64,000 bases of DNA from assembly GCA_965242925.1 (NCBI GenBank), contig CBDEUM010000009.1, forward strand, positions 32,001-96,000, read 5' to 3'. Shown here one piece after another: positions 19,813 to 29,800 of the stretch. The notes beneath the pieces are model-generated. The model made no database searches, was not told the origin of the DNA, and saw only the letters and a program-made list of their open reading frames with translations. This DNA comes from Roseibacillus sp. (GTDB taxonomy: Bacteria > Verrucomicrobiota > Verrucomicrobiia > Verrucomicrobiales > Akkermansiaceae). A program made the translations under genes and the position numbers. The stretch's first letter is position 1. The number at the start of each line of letters is the position of its first letter.

Positions 19813-22410
19813 CTAGCGGGCAGTCACCTGCACATCGTCCACGTAGAATCCGAAATATTCGGCGGGATCCACGAAGTTGTCGGATTCAAGGCGGAACTGG
19901 ATCTTGATCATCCTGCCCATGGCCGCTGCCGGCAGGGGGTGCCGGGAGTTCTCCCATTCGGTCGAGAGACCATCGATGCCCGTCTCGATATCTGCGATGA
20001 GAGAGTTGTCGGTCGCATCCAGAATCGAGACCGATCCAAAATCAAAAACAGCTTCGATATCGATAAAGCGCGCGTAATTCAGGGTCGCCTCGCTGGCCGC
20101 GGTCAGGTCAATTGCCGGCGAACGCAACCAGACATTGGCTTCGATTTCGTAGCCCCCGGACAGATTCGTTCCGAAGCAGTTCACCAGGCTATTGGCAGCC
20201 GGAGGGCCGACCAGGGATGGCGGCCCGAATTCCCAGGCTGTCCCGACTGCGCCGGAGGAGCCGGTTTCCCAATCGCCCGGGCCACTCTCGAAATCGTCAG
20301 CAAAGACCTCCACGGGCGGCACCGGAAACGATTCAGCCACGAAGAGCCGGAGCGGATCAACCGGACGCGGAATGATGAGCGTGTTCCGCGGAGGAGTCGC
20401 CGCAATCTCCATGTGCCCATCGTAGATCGGCCAATTCGCGGGCGGGCCATCGGCTGGTTCGGCCTCACTCCGAATGTTGTAAAGGAAGCCTGCCTGACTG
20501 TCCCAGGTCAGGATCAGATCCTCACCCGAATCCTCGACATTGAAGAAAAAAGTGGGCGTTTCACAGGTCGTAATCTCAAAGGCGACTTCACCGATCCCGA
20601 CGCGATCACCTCCTGGAATCTCGCCACCAGCCCCGGTGCCAGGGGCAATGAAGTGATTGTCCAGACAGGTCAGCTCAACATAGCGCGCAGTGATCTCCTG
20701 ACCGAAGAGAAAGCTGAAGCGCGAGATGTCGTCTTCATTGGGTAGCGCTCCGGAATCGATTCCTCCATAGCTGGGATTGAAATCGATGCTCGTTTCGAAT
20801 CCGTTCGGGCCATCCACCTCTGAGGCGAAGCGCAGGCTGAACTCACTCAATCCGTTCGAATTCGAGGCCGCGTATCCCCAGATGCTGATCTCACAGAGCG
20901 GAACATTTCCGCCCAGGTCAAAGATGAGGATCGGCAGCCCCGTCGTCTCAATGTAGTCGCAGGGAAACCCGCAGGCCGCGGTCACCCACAGCCCTCCGGC
21001 ACCACCTGCCGTCTTCTCGTGCGGTTGCACGTCAGAAAATCCCACCCCGGGTCCCTGGATCAGGTTGGAGGCCGGCCAGAGATCGTTGCCGGAAGTTGAG
21101 GCTTGCACGCTCGCTATCGGATAGAACTGATCCGCATCGCCAAGAACTTCTGCACTGATCTGAACCTCCGCCGTAGGCGTGTCGGGATCGTTACTCTCAA
21201 TTTGGAACGTGGCTGAAATCGGCCCGTCCAATCCTGCGGGATCGATCTCGATCTGAAAGAGTTCGTCACTGAGCATCGGAATCGAACTGGGTGGGTTGAC
21301 CACGCTGAATGCTCCCGCGTTCGGTCCCGTGAAACTGACCCCACTGATGGTGAGATCGGATCCTCCGCCATTCGTGATGGTGAGATCAAAGATATCGAGA
21401 GACGTAATCCTGCCCCGGTCAACCGATCCCGGAACCACTATGTCCTGCTCGGTGGGAGGGACCGTTCCGGTCAGGAGCACCTCTCGGACAGCGTCATCCG
21501 GATCATTGCTGGAGATCAGCAGCGTTGCGGAAACCGGCCCCGCCAATCCGGCAGGATTGAATTGCACTTCAATAATATCATCGGAGAGAGCCCCGAGGCC
21601 AGGCGGGAAAGAGGGCACTCGAAAGGCGTTCGCATTGGGACCAGCCAAATTGACCGAACTGATCAGTAGTTCCGAATTCCCAACATTGGCTACCGGGATG
21701 TCGAAGACGTCCACCATGGTGGTCAGAGAAAGAACGATCTCCGACTCGATCGAGATTTGCGGATCAGGCGAGATGAGCGTCTCCTCAAAGGCGATCTCAC
21801 CAACGCCCACCCGGTCGCCCCCCGCTGGCGGGCCATTCCCGCCATTGGTGATGTGCGTGGAAGTCACCTCCACCCGCACGTAGCGAGCCGTCACCGGATT
21901 GAAGCTAAAGCTCTGGCGAGGCGCAGTTTCAATGGTCGCTTCGAAAGATGGATTGGCCGTGATCGACGTGCCGTAGGATTCGTCTCCGAGCCCGGCGCCG
22001 CCGCCCTCGGCCTCAGTGGCGAAACTCACGTTGAATCCCTTCACCCCATTGGCATTGTTGGTGGAGTAGCCCCAGTAGCTGATCTCGGCCACCGTAACGT
22101 CCGACCCAAGATCGAACCAGAGGTATTCTGGCCCGGCATGCACGGCGACATAGTCAGAGGGAAAGCCCCCTGGAGCATCGGTATACCAGGTAGGACTCGG
22201 ACCAGCGTGGGGTTCAGCAGCTCCGAAGCCGATGCCGGGCCCCTGAATGATGTTGCTGATCGGATTATCACCGGGGTTGCCATCGTTCATGTTGGAACCA
22301 ATCGCATTGATGGGGTGGAAGTTGGCGGCCTGCAGACCAACGGTGCCGAAGAGCAGGCTGCCTGCCGCCAGGACCAGCTGCCGGCCTGGGTAGATTTGGA
22401 AGGATCTCAT
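19813..22410 (-). CDS. Secreted non-catalytic surface protein: discoidin-like module x2, ASH/Ig-like x2, C-terminal beta domain + MAM-like jelly roll
   Basis: Signal peptide MRSFQIYPGRQLVLAAG...QAA. Ig-like repeats with NxGxSxLxIS...SNDPD. LILTWDSQAGFLYNI, then ADDFESG...LRSPAIDL...GFYVDDVQV. Confidence 0.8.
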   Translation of the reverse strand: MRSFQIYPGRQLVLAAGSLLFGTVGLQAANFHPINAIGSNMNDGNPGDNPISNIIQGPGIGFGAAEPHAGPSPTWYTDAPGGFPSDYVAVHAGPEYLWFDLGSDVTVAEISYWGYSTNNANGVKGFNVSFATEAEGGGAGLGDESYGTSITANPSFEATIETAPRQSFSFNPVTARYVRVEVTSTHITNGGNGPPAGGDRVGVGEIAFEETLISPDPQISIESEIVLSLTTMVDVFDIPVANVGNSELLISSVNLAGPNANAFRVPSFPPGLGALSDDIIEVQFNPAGLAGPVSATLLISSNDPDDAVREVLLTGTVPPTEQDIVVPGSVDRGRITSLDIFDLTITNGGGSDLTISGVSFTGPNAGAFSVVNPPSSIPMLSDELFQIEIDPAGLDGPISATFQIESNDPDTPTAEVQISAEVLGDADQFYPIASVQASTSGNDLWPASNLIQGPGVGFSDVQPHEKTAGGAGGLWVTAACGFPCDYIETTGLPILIFDLGGNVPLCEISIWGYAASNSNGLSEFSLRFASEVDGPNGFETSIDFNPSYGGIDSGALPNEDDISRFSFLFGQEITARYVELTCLDNHFIAPGTGAGGEIPGGDRVGIGEVAFEITTCETPTFFFNVEDSGEDLILTWDSQAGFLYNIRSEAEPADGPPANWPIYDGHMEIAATPPRNTLIIPRPVDPLRLFVAESFPVPPVEVFADDFESGPGDWETGSSGAVGTAWEFGPPSLVGPPAANSLVNCFGTNLSGGYEIEANVWLRSPAIDLTAASEATLNYARFIDIEAVFDFGSVSILDATDNSLIADIETGIDGLSTEWENSRHPLPAAAMGRMIKIQFRLESDNFVDPAEYFGFYVDDVQVTAR

Positions 22411-22436
22411 GGGTGGTAGGGAGAGTGATTTGCGAG

Positions 22437-22479
22437 AAAAGGAAAACGCCCTTCCCGGCGTTGTCGACCGGAAAGGGCG
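22437..22479 (-). terminator. Intrinsic terminator after the PEP-CTERM gene
   Basis: Minus strand reads cgccctttccgg-tcgacaacg-ccgggaagggcg followed by ttttcctttt. Confidence 0.65.
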
Positions 22480-22510
22480 CTGTCGAAAATTCGTTGATCG
22501 CAGCGCCCGA

Positions 22511-23170
22511 CTAGCGGCGGCGACGGAAGGCGAGCCCGGCAAGCCCGAGGAATCCAAGGAGCGCGGAGGATGGCTCCGGAACGCTGAAGGCAACCTCACC
22601 AAGCCCAGCGCGATCCCCACCCGCTGGCGGGCCATTCCCGCCGTTGGTAATGTGGGTCGAGTGCACCGTCATCTCGACGTAACGCGCAGTCACCGCTCCG
22701 AATCCATTGGTCTGCATGGAGACATCATCGATGAGCATCGAGAGCATGGGATTCGAAGTGATTGAAGTTCCGAATCCACCGGTTCCGTCGGCATCCGTGG
22801 CAAAGCGTAAACTAAAGTCCTTCACCCCGTTGGCATTGCTGACGGAGTAGCCCCAGGTGTGAATCGCGTTGATGGGCGTATCGCTGCCCAGATCAAATGT
22901 CAGGATGGGCTCCCCAGCCACAGCAATGAAGTCGGAGGGAAACCCACCAGGAGCTCCCGTCACCCAACGGCTGCCACCAGCGTTACCAAGCTGATTGTGA
23001 GGATCGTTGGCATCGAAACCCACGCCAGGTCCTTGCACGAGGTTTGACGCCGGCCAGAGATCACCGGTGGTGGTAGTTGTCGCCGAAACCGGCGAAATTA
23101 AGACATGGCTACCATGGGACATCGCAGCCGACGCGAGAATCACTGCGAATACTGTTAAGGGCTTTCTCAT
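22511..23170 (-). CDS. PEP-CTERM sorting-domain protein carrying a single discoidin-like module
   Basis: Signal peptide. C-terminus VPEPSSALLGFLGLAGLAFRRRR (VPEP + TM + basic tail). Confidence 0.93.
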   Translation of the reverse strand: MRKPLTVFAVILASAAMSHGSHVLISPVSATTTTTGDLWPASNLVQGPGVGFDANDPHNQLGNAGGSRWVTGAPGGFPSDFIAVAGEPILTFDLGSDTPINAIHTWGYSVSNANGVKDFSLRFATDADGTGGFGTSITSNPMLSMLIDDVSMQTNGFGAVTARYVEMTVHSTHITNGGNGPPAGGDRAGLGEVAFSVPEPSSALLGFLGLAGLAFRRRR

Positions 23171-23292
23171 TTTTGGGTGTTACTTTGAATCTCTGGACCT
23201 ATTTTTCTAGGGGTATTCTTTGGGAGTGAAAATCAAAATCTGCGGGAAAAGTAATAAATTCTCAGGACCGGCTCGGAGGGAGAAGTCAGGAC

Positions 23293-26200
23293 CTAATTGG
23301 AAACCTGCAAGAAAACTTGCACTGCACCAGAATTGGTGGCGATCACGACATCGTGCCGGGAATCTCCATTGAGATTGATAATCTCCACCGCCGTAGCATC
23401 CCCAGGGATTATGATACCGCTCTGAGCGGGCAGGATCGGGAGAAATCCTCCCGTTCCGTCGCCCTTCAGCAGGAGGCTCAGGCCGCCGTCCATGCGGCCG
23501 GTCTCACGCTGCGGACCAAAGAAATTCTGCGCGATAATCAGGTCCGGGTGCACGTCGGCGTCGGCATCCAGAAACGCGACGCCGAATCCCGGGGAAGCTT
23601 GGGCGAGTCGCGGGAGCGGGCGGAAGGCGAACGTCCCCATGCCATCATTGATGAGGATGCCGCTCTCAAGGGTGTTCACCTCCAAGCGCAGGCAATTCGC
23701 AAGAATGGCTTCATCATAGATCTCCTCCAGCTTCGCACTTGCATATTGATGGAAGGTCGGGAATTTCTCCCGAAGATGTGGCATTGCCTGGGTCGAACAG
23801 CTTTTACCTCGCACCGGGCGCAGTCCGCCTCCCTCCCCCGGCTTTGCCTCCACAAGATTCTTTCTCCCCGATGCCGCGAGGTCACCATGATAAATCACCT
23901 GCGGATTCTCGACAGACGGGTGATACTTGGTGTTTTGACCAAAGTTGGTGACCGCGAAGTCGAGATCGCCATCCCCGTCGATATCCGCTCCCGCGATCCC
24001 GTTCCACCAACCTAACAACTGAGCCAGCCCCGAATCCGTGGTGTGTTCAATGAGTTCGCCTTCCTGGTTCAGGAAGGAGCGCACCGGTCCATACTCGGCG
24101 GTCACCAACAGATCGGGCCAGCGATCACCATTGACATCCGCCCAGAGAGCATCGGTCACCATGCCAATCGCAAGCGGCCCGCCAGTTACTGTAAAGTTCC
24201 CGCCCTCGTTCTTCAGCAGGCGGCTCATGGGGGAAGACGGATAGGCCCCGGGCACCAGCCGTCCACCGACAAACAGGTCGAGATCGCCATCGCGATCAAA
24301 ATCGACAACCGCAACCGGCCCGGAGCTCTCACGCAGGTCGGGAACCGCCCCTCCAGCCTTCACAAAACGCGGTGACCCGCCCGTGCCTTGGTTGAGATAG
24401 AGGCGATCGAGGTAACTGGCATCGCCCACCGGAGCTTCCACGCCCCCGCTTGCCACATACAAATCGAGGTCGCCGTCGCCATCGGCGTCGAAGAACACGC
24501 ATCCCATGTCCTCGCACTCGCGGTCCGGGGCGAACCAGGTCTTGCCCTCAAGTTTGACGAACTTCCCCGGCTCTGCGCACAGGAAAATCTGTCCCACTTG
24601 CCCGGCCGCGCCTCCCAGGAAGAGATCCTTGTCGCCGTCGCCATCGATATCGCCCCACGCCATGGCCGGACCGGACTGCGAGAGTTTGTTCGGGAGCAGT
24701 GGTTGCAGGGCGAAGTCGTCGAATGGACGTTCGACGTGACGCGCGGCCGCGAGCATCTCGGATTTCTCAAAGAGGGGAGGAATCGGGGCAGGCGGTTCGG
24801 CCGGCGCCTCGGCGGTCGGTTCGGCGATGGTGTAAAGACGATCGGCCGCGAGGTTCCCGAACTCCTGGATCATGCCGCTCGGCCAGTGTACACTCAGGCT
24901 GATGATCCGGTCTTGGCTTCCGAGCCCGATGGAACAGATGCCTGGTTCATCAGAGGACATGAAGCCGCCTCCGCCATTGAAGAAACGCACATGTTGGCTC
25001 GAGCCAGTCGTCACTCGCACCAAGGCGCCGAAGCCCGAGCGGTTACTGCGGGTTCCCTGCAGGCGGATCCTGATCCGATGATGGCGCGCGGAGCGATTGC
25101 GGTAAAGGCTCGGCGCCGAGGAGAAGTTGTTGACGACAAGATCGAGGTCCCCATCACCGTCGAGGTCGCCCAACCCTGCACCGAAACTGATCGCGAGTTC
25201 GTCGATTCCCCAGGCGGGGCCTTGTTTGTGAAATCCGTAGTCGCCATCATTTCGAAATGCGAGGTTCCTCTCCGGGAGGCGCGGGGCCTTGCGCCAGGCG
25301 CTCGGATCGGAGGCGCGGCCGCTCTTGGCAAGCTGGGCCGCGAAATCGCTGTTGAGGTAATCGAAGGGGAAACCGTTGGTCGCGAAGGCGTCTTCGAATC
25401 CATCTTCGTCGAGATCCGCGATCTTCATCGACCAAGTCCAGTTCGAACTCGCCAGGCCGGTGAGATGGGCGACCTCCATGAAGCGCTCGGTCCCCGTGTT
25501 CAGGTAGACAGCATTGCGCATGTACTGGCGGGGTTCGGCGGTGTCGAGGAACCACGCCACGGCCTCCATCGCACCCATTGAAATCTTCTCCCGGTAATGC
25601 GTCGTCGCAGACATGTCGGCCGCCACCAGATCGAGACGGCCGTCGTTGTTCAGGTCTCCCGTTGCGGAGCCCATCGTGAACCAGGGGGTGTGAGGCAGCG
25701 CAGTGGCCAGGATGTTCTCGAAGGTCCCGTCCCCGCGATTGCGGTAAAACTTGTCCGGGTCGGTGAAGTCGTTCGAGACGTAAAGATCGGGGTATCCATC
25801 CGCGTCGTAGTCCCACCACGTCACGTCCAGTCCGTGGTCTGGTCCCTCGATGCCGGCGTTCTTGCTTACATCCACAAAGTCCAGCCTTCCCGTTTCCACG
25901 AGGAGGTTCTTGAAGAGGTGATCGAACTGCCCGGCCTTGGTGAACTTCTGCTCGCCCCCGGGCAGGTTGATGACGCTGACCAGTTCGCGGTATGGCTCCT
26001 TCACGGTGTAGGTTCCGGGACCTCCCTCGTACTCAACCTTGGGATTGCCGATCGGTTCACGCCGGTTGGTGACCAGATAGGCATCCAGGTCGCCGTCGAG
26101 GTCATAGTCGGCGAACGCCATTTTGACGTTCGCGCCGATGAAGCTTAGCCCGCAGGCCTTTGCCCGCTCCACAAATGTTCCGTCGCCCCGGTTGAGGTAG

Positions 26201-26733
26201 AGCTGATTCTCCGAGGCGTAGGCACAGACGTAGAGGTCGAGCATTCCGTCATTGTTCAGGTCCGCAAAGCTCGCCCCGGTGCACCACGATTCATGGCCCC
26301 TGAGCCCGGCCGACACCGTGACATCCGCAAACTTGAAGCCGCCAAGGTTCCGGTAGAGGCGGCCGCCGCCATGGGGACGGGTGAAGTAAATGTCGCACAA
26401 GCCATCCCCGTCGTAGTCGCCCAAGGCCACCCCGCCCCCCGTAAACCCCGTCTTCTGCAACAACTCCTCGTGCGGGCTGTCCGGGGCCCAGAGATGAACA
26501 AAGTCAATCCCCGTCACCCCGGCGTCGAGTTTTTCAAACAGCGCCTCCCCCACGACTGCCGCCGGAATCGATCGTTCGAGCGGTTGCGATTCGATTGACC
26601 CAGCCGGGAGACCAGATTGCACCCAGTTCCGCCCGCTCTCGACTTCCTTCTCCCCGTCCTTCTCCTTGTCCTTCCCGGAGCAACCAGGCAGGAGCGCCAA
26701 GATCACGACGAGAATTGGAAAGCGCAGATTCAT
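23293..26733 (-). CDS. FG-GAP/VCBS repeat lipoprotein with ASPIC/UnbV domain (CRTAC1-like, two propellers)
   Basis: Lipobox LLPGC. Many DxDGDGxxD-L Ca-binding repeats. ASPIC/UnbV-like IRLQGTRSNRSGFGALVRV...GGGFMSSD...GLG...VHWPSG. Confidence 0.9.
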   Translation of the reverse strand: MNLRFPILVVILALLPGCSGKDKEKDGEKEVESGRNWVQSGLPAGSIESQPLERSIPAAVVGEALFEKLDAGVTGIDFVHLWAPDSPHEELLQKTGFTGGGVALGDYDGDGLCDIYFTRPHGGGRLYRNLGGFKFADVTVSAGLRGHESWCTGASFADLNNDGMLDLYVCAYASENQLYLNRGDGTFVERAKACGLSFIGANVKMAFADYDLDGDLDAYLVTNRREPIGNPKVEYEGGPGTYTVKEPYRELVSVINLPGGEQKFTKAGQFDHLFKNLLVETGRLDFVDVSKNAGIEGPDHGLDVTWWDYDADGYPDLYVSNDFTDPDKFYRNRGDGTFENILATALPHTPWFTMGSATGDLNNDGRLDLVAADMSATTHYREKISMGAMEAVAWFLDTAEPRQYMRNAVYLNTGTERFMEVAHLTGLASSNWTWSMKIADLDEDGFEDAFATNGFPFDYLNSDFAAQLAKSGRASDPSAWRKAPRLPERNLAFRNDGDYGFHKQGPAWGIDELAISFGAGLGDLDGDGDLDLVVNNFSSAPSLYRNRSARHHRIRIRLQGTRSNRSGFGALVRVTTGSSQHVRFFNGGGGFMSSDEPGICSIGLGSQDRIISLSVHWPSGMIQEFGNLAADRLYTIAEPTAEAPAEPPAPIPPLFEKSEMLAAARHVERPFDDFALQPLLPNKLSQSGPAMAWGDIDGDGDKDLFLGGAAGQVGQIFLCAEPGKFVKLEGKTWFAPDRECEDMGCVFFDADGDGDLDLYVASGGVEAPVGDASYLDRLYLNQGTGGSPRFVKAGGAVPDLRESSGPVAVVDFDRDGDLDLFVGGRLVPGAYPSSPMSRLLKNEGGNFTVTGGPLAIGMVTDALWADVNGDRWPDLLVTAEYGPVRSFLNQEGELIEHTTDSGLAQLLGWWNGIAGADIDGDGDLDFAVTNFGQNTKYHPSVENPQVIYHGDLAASGRKNLVEAKPGEGGGLRPVRGKSCSTQAMPHLREKFPTFHQYASAKLEEIYDEAILANCLRLEVNTLESGILINDGMGTFAFRPLPRLAQASPGFGVAFLDADADVHPDLIIAQNFFGPQRETGRMDGGLSLLLKGDGTGGFLPILPAQSGIIIPGDATAVEIINLNGDSRHDVVIATNSGAVQVFLQVSN

Positions 26734-26803
26734 CAGGCGAAACGGAGCGGAACGATACAGTCGCAGATCACCCCTCGCCAATGATTAAAGAACCGGCCGC
26801 CTC

Positions 26804-29800
26804 TCAATCCGCGGGTGAGATCGTGACACGCAGCCGGACAAAGAGTGTTCCGGAGACTATGGGACCAAGTTTCCAGATCTCGATGGTGGGAGATCCCGGG
26901 ATCACCTCCGGCCCGCTGGGCGCCACCGCGATTGTCCACTGTTGAAGATCGGTCGAAGTCTCGATTATTGCGATGGCGTCATCTGCCGAGGCATCGTGAG
27001 GGAAGGAGACCGACATCGCGCCGGACTGATCCACTGTGACCATCAATCCGAACAGGTGATCGAGCGGATCAAAATCAGAGCTCCCGTAGTAGTATTCGAG
27101 ACCCGCACTGCGCCCGTCTCCGTCGTGATCCGCGTTCGGGTCCCCCACGAGAGTAGTAGAGTCCGGCATCCCGGGTCGCCCCCCAACCCCGCCGCTGCGC
27201 CGCCAGCTGGCGGCGCTGCCATGATCCGGATTTGAAAGAGGATCGATTAAAACCAAACTGAATCCAGAACCGTCGGATGCCCTCGGCCAGGGCGAGCGGT
27301 CATTGTACTCGAAGTCGTGGATGGGGTTCAGGTCCGCCCCGGTGAGGACAATCCAGTCGCCGGCATTCTCGAGCCGAGTGCCATCCTGGAACTGCCCGGC
27401 GATCGGATGACCGGGGCCGTGGACAGACTCGAACACAGTCTGGTCGGCGACAAGCAGGATCCGTTCGCCGGGAGCGAGCACCAGGTCCGGGGGAAAGCTG
27501 AACGCGATGCCATTCGTAAATGAGGCTCCCGTCAAATCGATCGGCGCGTCCGCGATATTGAGCAACTCGATGAACTCCGCCAGGCCGTTGGGCGCAGCAG
27601 GATGATACATCACTTCCGAAATCACCAGGTTGGTCGCATCGGCCGGGATCCCGACCACGAACGTTGCATCATTCAACGCAGACCACTCACCGGTAGTCGT
27701 GCGAATGCGCGCCCTCACCTGCACCGAATTCGACAATGCAATCGGAGCACCATGGATCCGCGCTCCAGCCAGGATCTCGCCCCCCGGCAGGCGCGGATCG
27801 CGGCCATCAAGGGTATAGTAGATCGCCCCCTCTACGTTGCCCGGTTTGCGAATGACGAGCGAAACTCCGGCCCCTACGATCCCGCCCTCCTCGCTGAAGT
27901 CGGGTGGCGCAAAGAACTGCCCATCAATCCAGGCCGCTCTGGTGGTCAGATACGACTTCATCGACTGCAAACGACTATTCCAATTATTGACCGACAATCC
28001 CTGCGCTCTCACCAGGGCGGACGGAATCTGAGCGGACTGCCGATCGATAATGGCAACCATGTTGTCGTCAGCCAGCGGCCCTCTGCGCAACTCGTACCAC
28101 CGATCGATGTGCTCCTGCATGTAATCGGGATCATCGAAGAGCCTCGGGTACCACAAACGATCCGCGCGAAAGAACAAGGTCGATGTCGGCGAGTTCCCGA
28201 AGGCACCATTATTGAAGTCCCACATCGGCCCCATGTGGATCTTGCGCACTCCCGACGAAACCCACGGGAACACGGAAAGCAGCAGCCCGTCGCCCTGCTT
28301 GGCCAGGTTCAGCAGATGGAAGTAGTCAATGCAGTCGCGCGTGTTGAGATAGTTCCGGTAGCCCGCCGCGGGATCCCGCCAGCGCGCCTCGTTGTAGAGC
28401 ACACTTTCAAACCGTCGAAACCACGATTCAATCGCACTGCGCTGCAGTCCATTGATCCGATAGCCGTTGGGGTTCTCAAAGTTGATAAAGGCGTTGTACT
28501 GGCGCGGAATATCATCGCCACGTCCAGCTACGTTGGGCGCAGTCTGCTGGTCACGATTGGGACCGGCGGTGTGGAAGAACTGCGGTGAGGTCGCCCCGTT
28601 CTCGGTGGGATATCCGCTGATCGGTTCGGGATCCATGCGATTGATCCCAAGGAGCCAGCCACCCGTTCGGCCATCTTCACTCAGTGCTTCGAAATCGATT
28701 CGGTCGTTGCCCCGCGCCACCTTCTCGGCAAAGGCATAGACGCCCCGCCGGTCGGACGCCCGCAAGCTTCCTCCGCTCTCGTTCACGAAGACATCCACAA
28801 ACCGGAAGCGCGTCCCGTAGCGCCCCGTTTCCCGGCTGAGCGCCCAGATGAAAGTGTTGTTGAGCATACTCCGATCATAGTTGGGATGCGGATAGTAGAG
28901 AATCCAGTCGGACTCCTTTGGCAACCCGAGCGGACTCACCTTACGGTCATCGTCACCATTCTGTTTCCAGGTCTCCAGGCTGTAGGGTTTCGGAGTCCAG
29001 GTCGACGAGAAGGCTCCGCGCACGCGAATGCCAATCCGCGAATCGGTCTCGGCCGGGGCCGAGATGGATGCCATCCCAGTCATGGGATCAGTCGCGATGA
29101 TTCGCAGATAGGCCGACTGCCGTTCCGGTTGGATCAGCCCGCCTCCGGTCTGGCTTCCGGTGGACCATCCCTTATTCGGCACTGAGCCCCGTCCGAAGTT
29201 TTCGATGATCACAATCGGCAGCCCTGACTCGTAGCCTGCGAGATCCGGGGCAAGTCGCACGAAGCTCTCGGTCGCGATGGCCGGCGGTTGATCCCCGCTG
29301 AATGTGGCGGCGCGGATCTGAACCGTCTCGGTGATCGAGATCGAACCGTCATAGACCATGCCATTCGCAAGGGAGGGCAAGCTCCCATCGGTGGTATAAA
29401 GGATCTGCGCTCCCGGGGTGGGAGTGCTCAGCTCAAGCGCGAGGTCCTCGACAAAGGTGCCACCTTCCACCGAGAAGGTCGGCTTCACCGGCTCCGGCGA
29501 CACACAATTGATCCCCGCCTTCAGCAGGAGGCTGGTCAACGGCTGAGCGGGATCATTGGACCCGAGCTCAAGCTGCGCATTGAAGCAGCCCTCAGCTCCG
29601 CCGGAATCGAAAGTGACGGTGAACTCGTGCGCCTCACCCGCTGCGATGAAATCCGGAACTCCACTCACCGAAAAGTGCTCCGAGCCTGTTGCGTTCGTCA
29701 GGATCATGCTGGAGGTGAGCTCCAGAGGCAGATCACTCCCTGCGTTCGAAATGCTCAAAGGAAGGGTGACTGCGCCGGGGTCGCTCGCAACATTCCCAAA

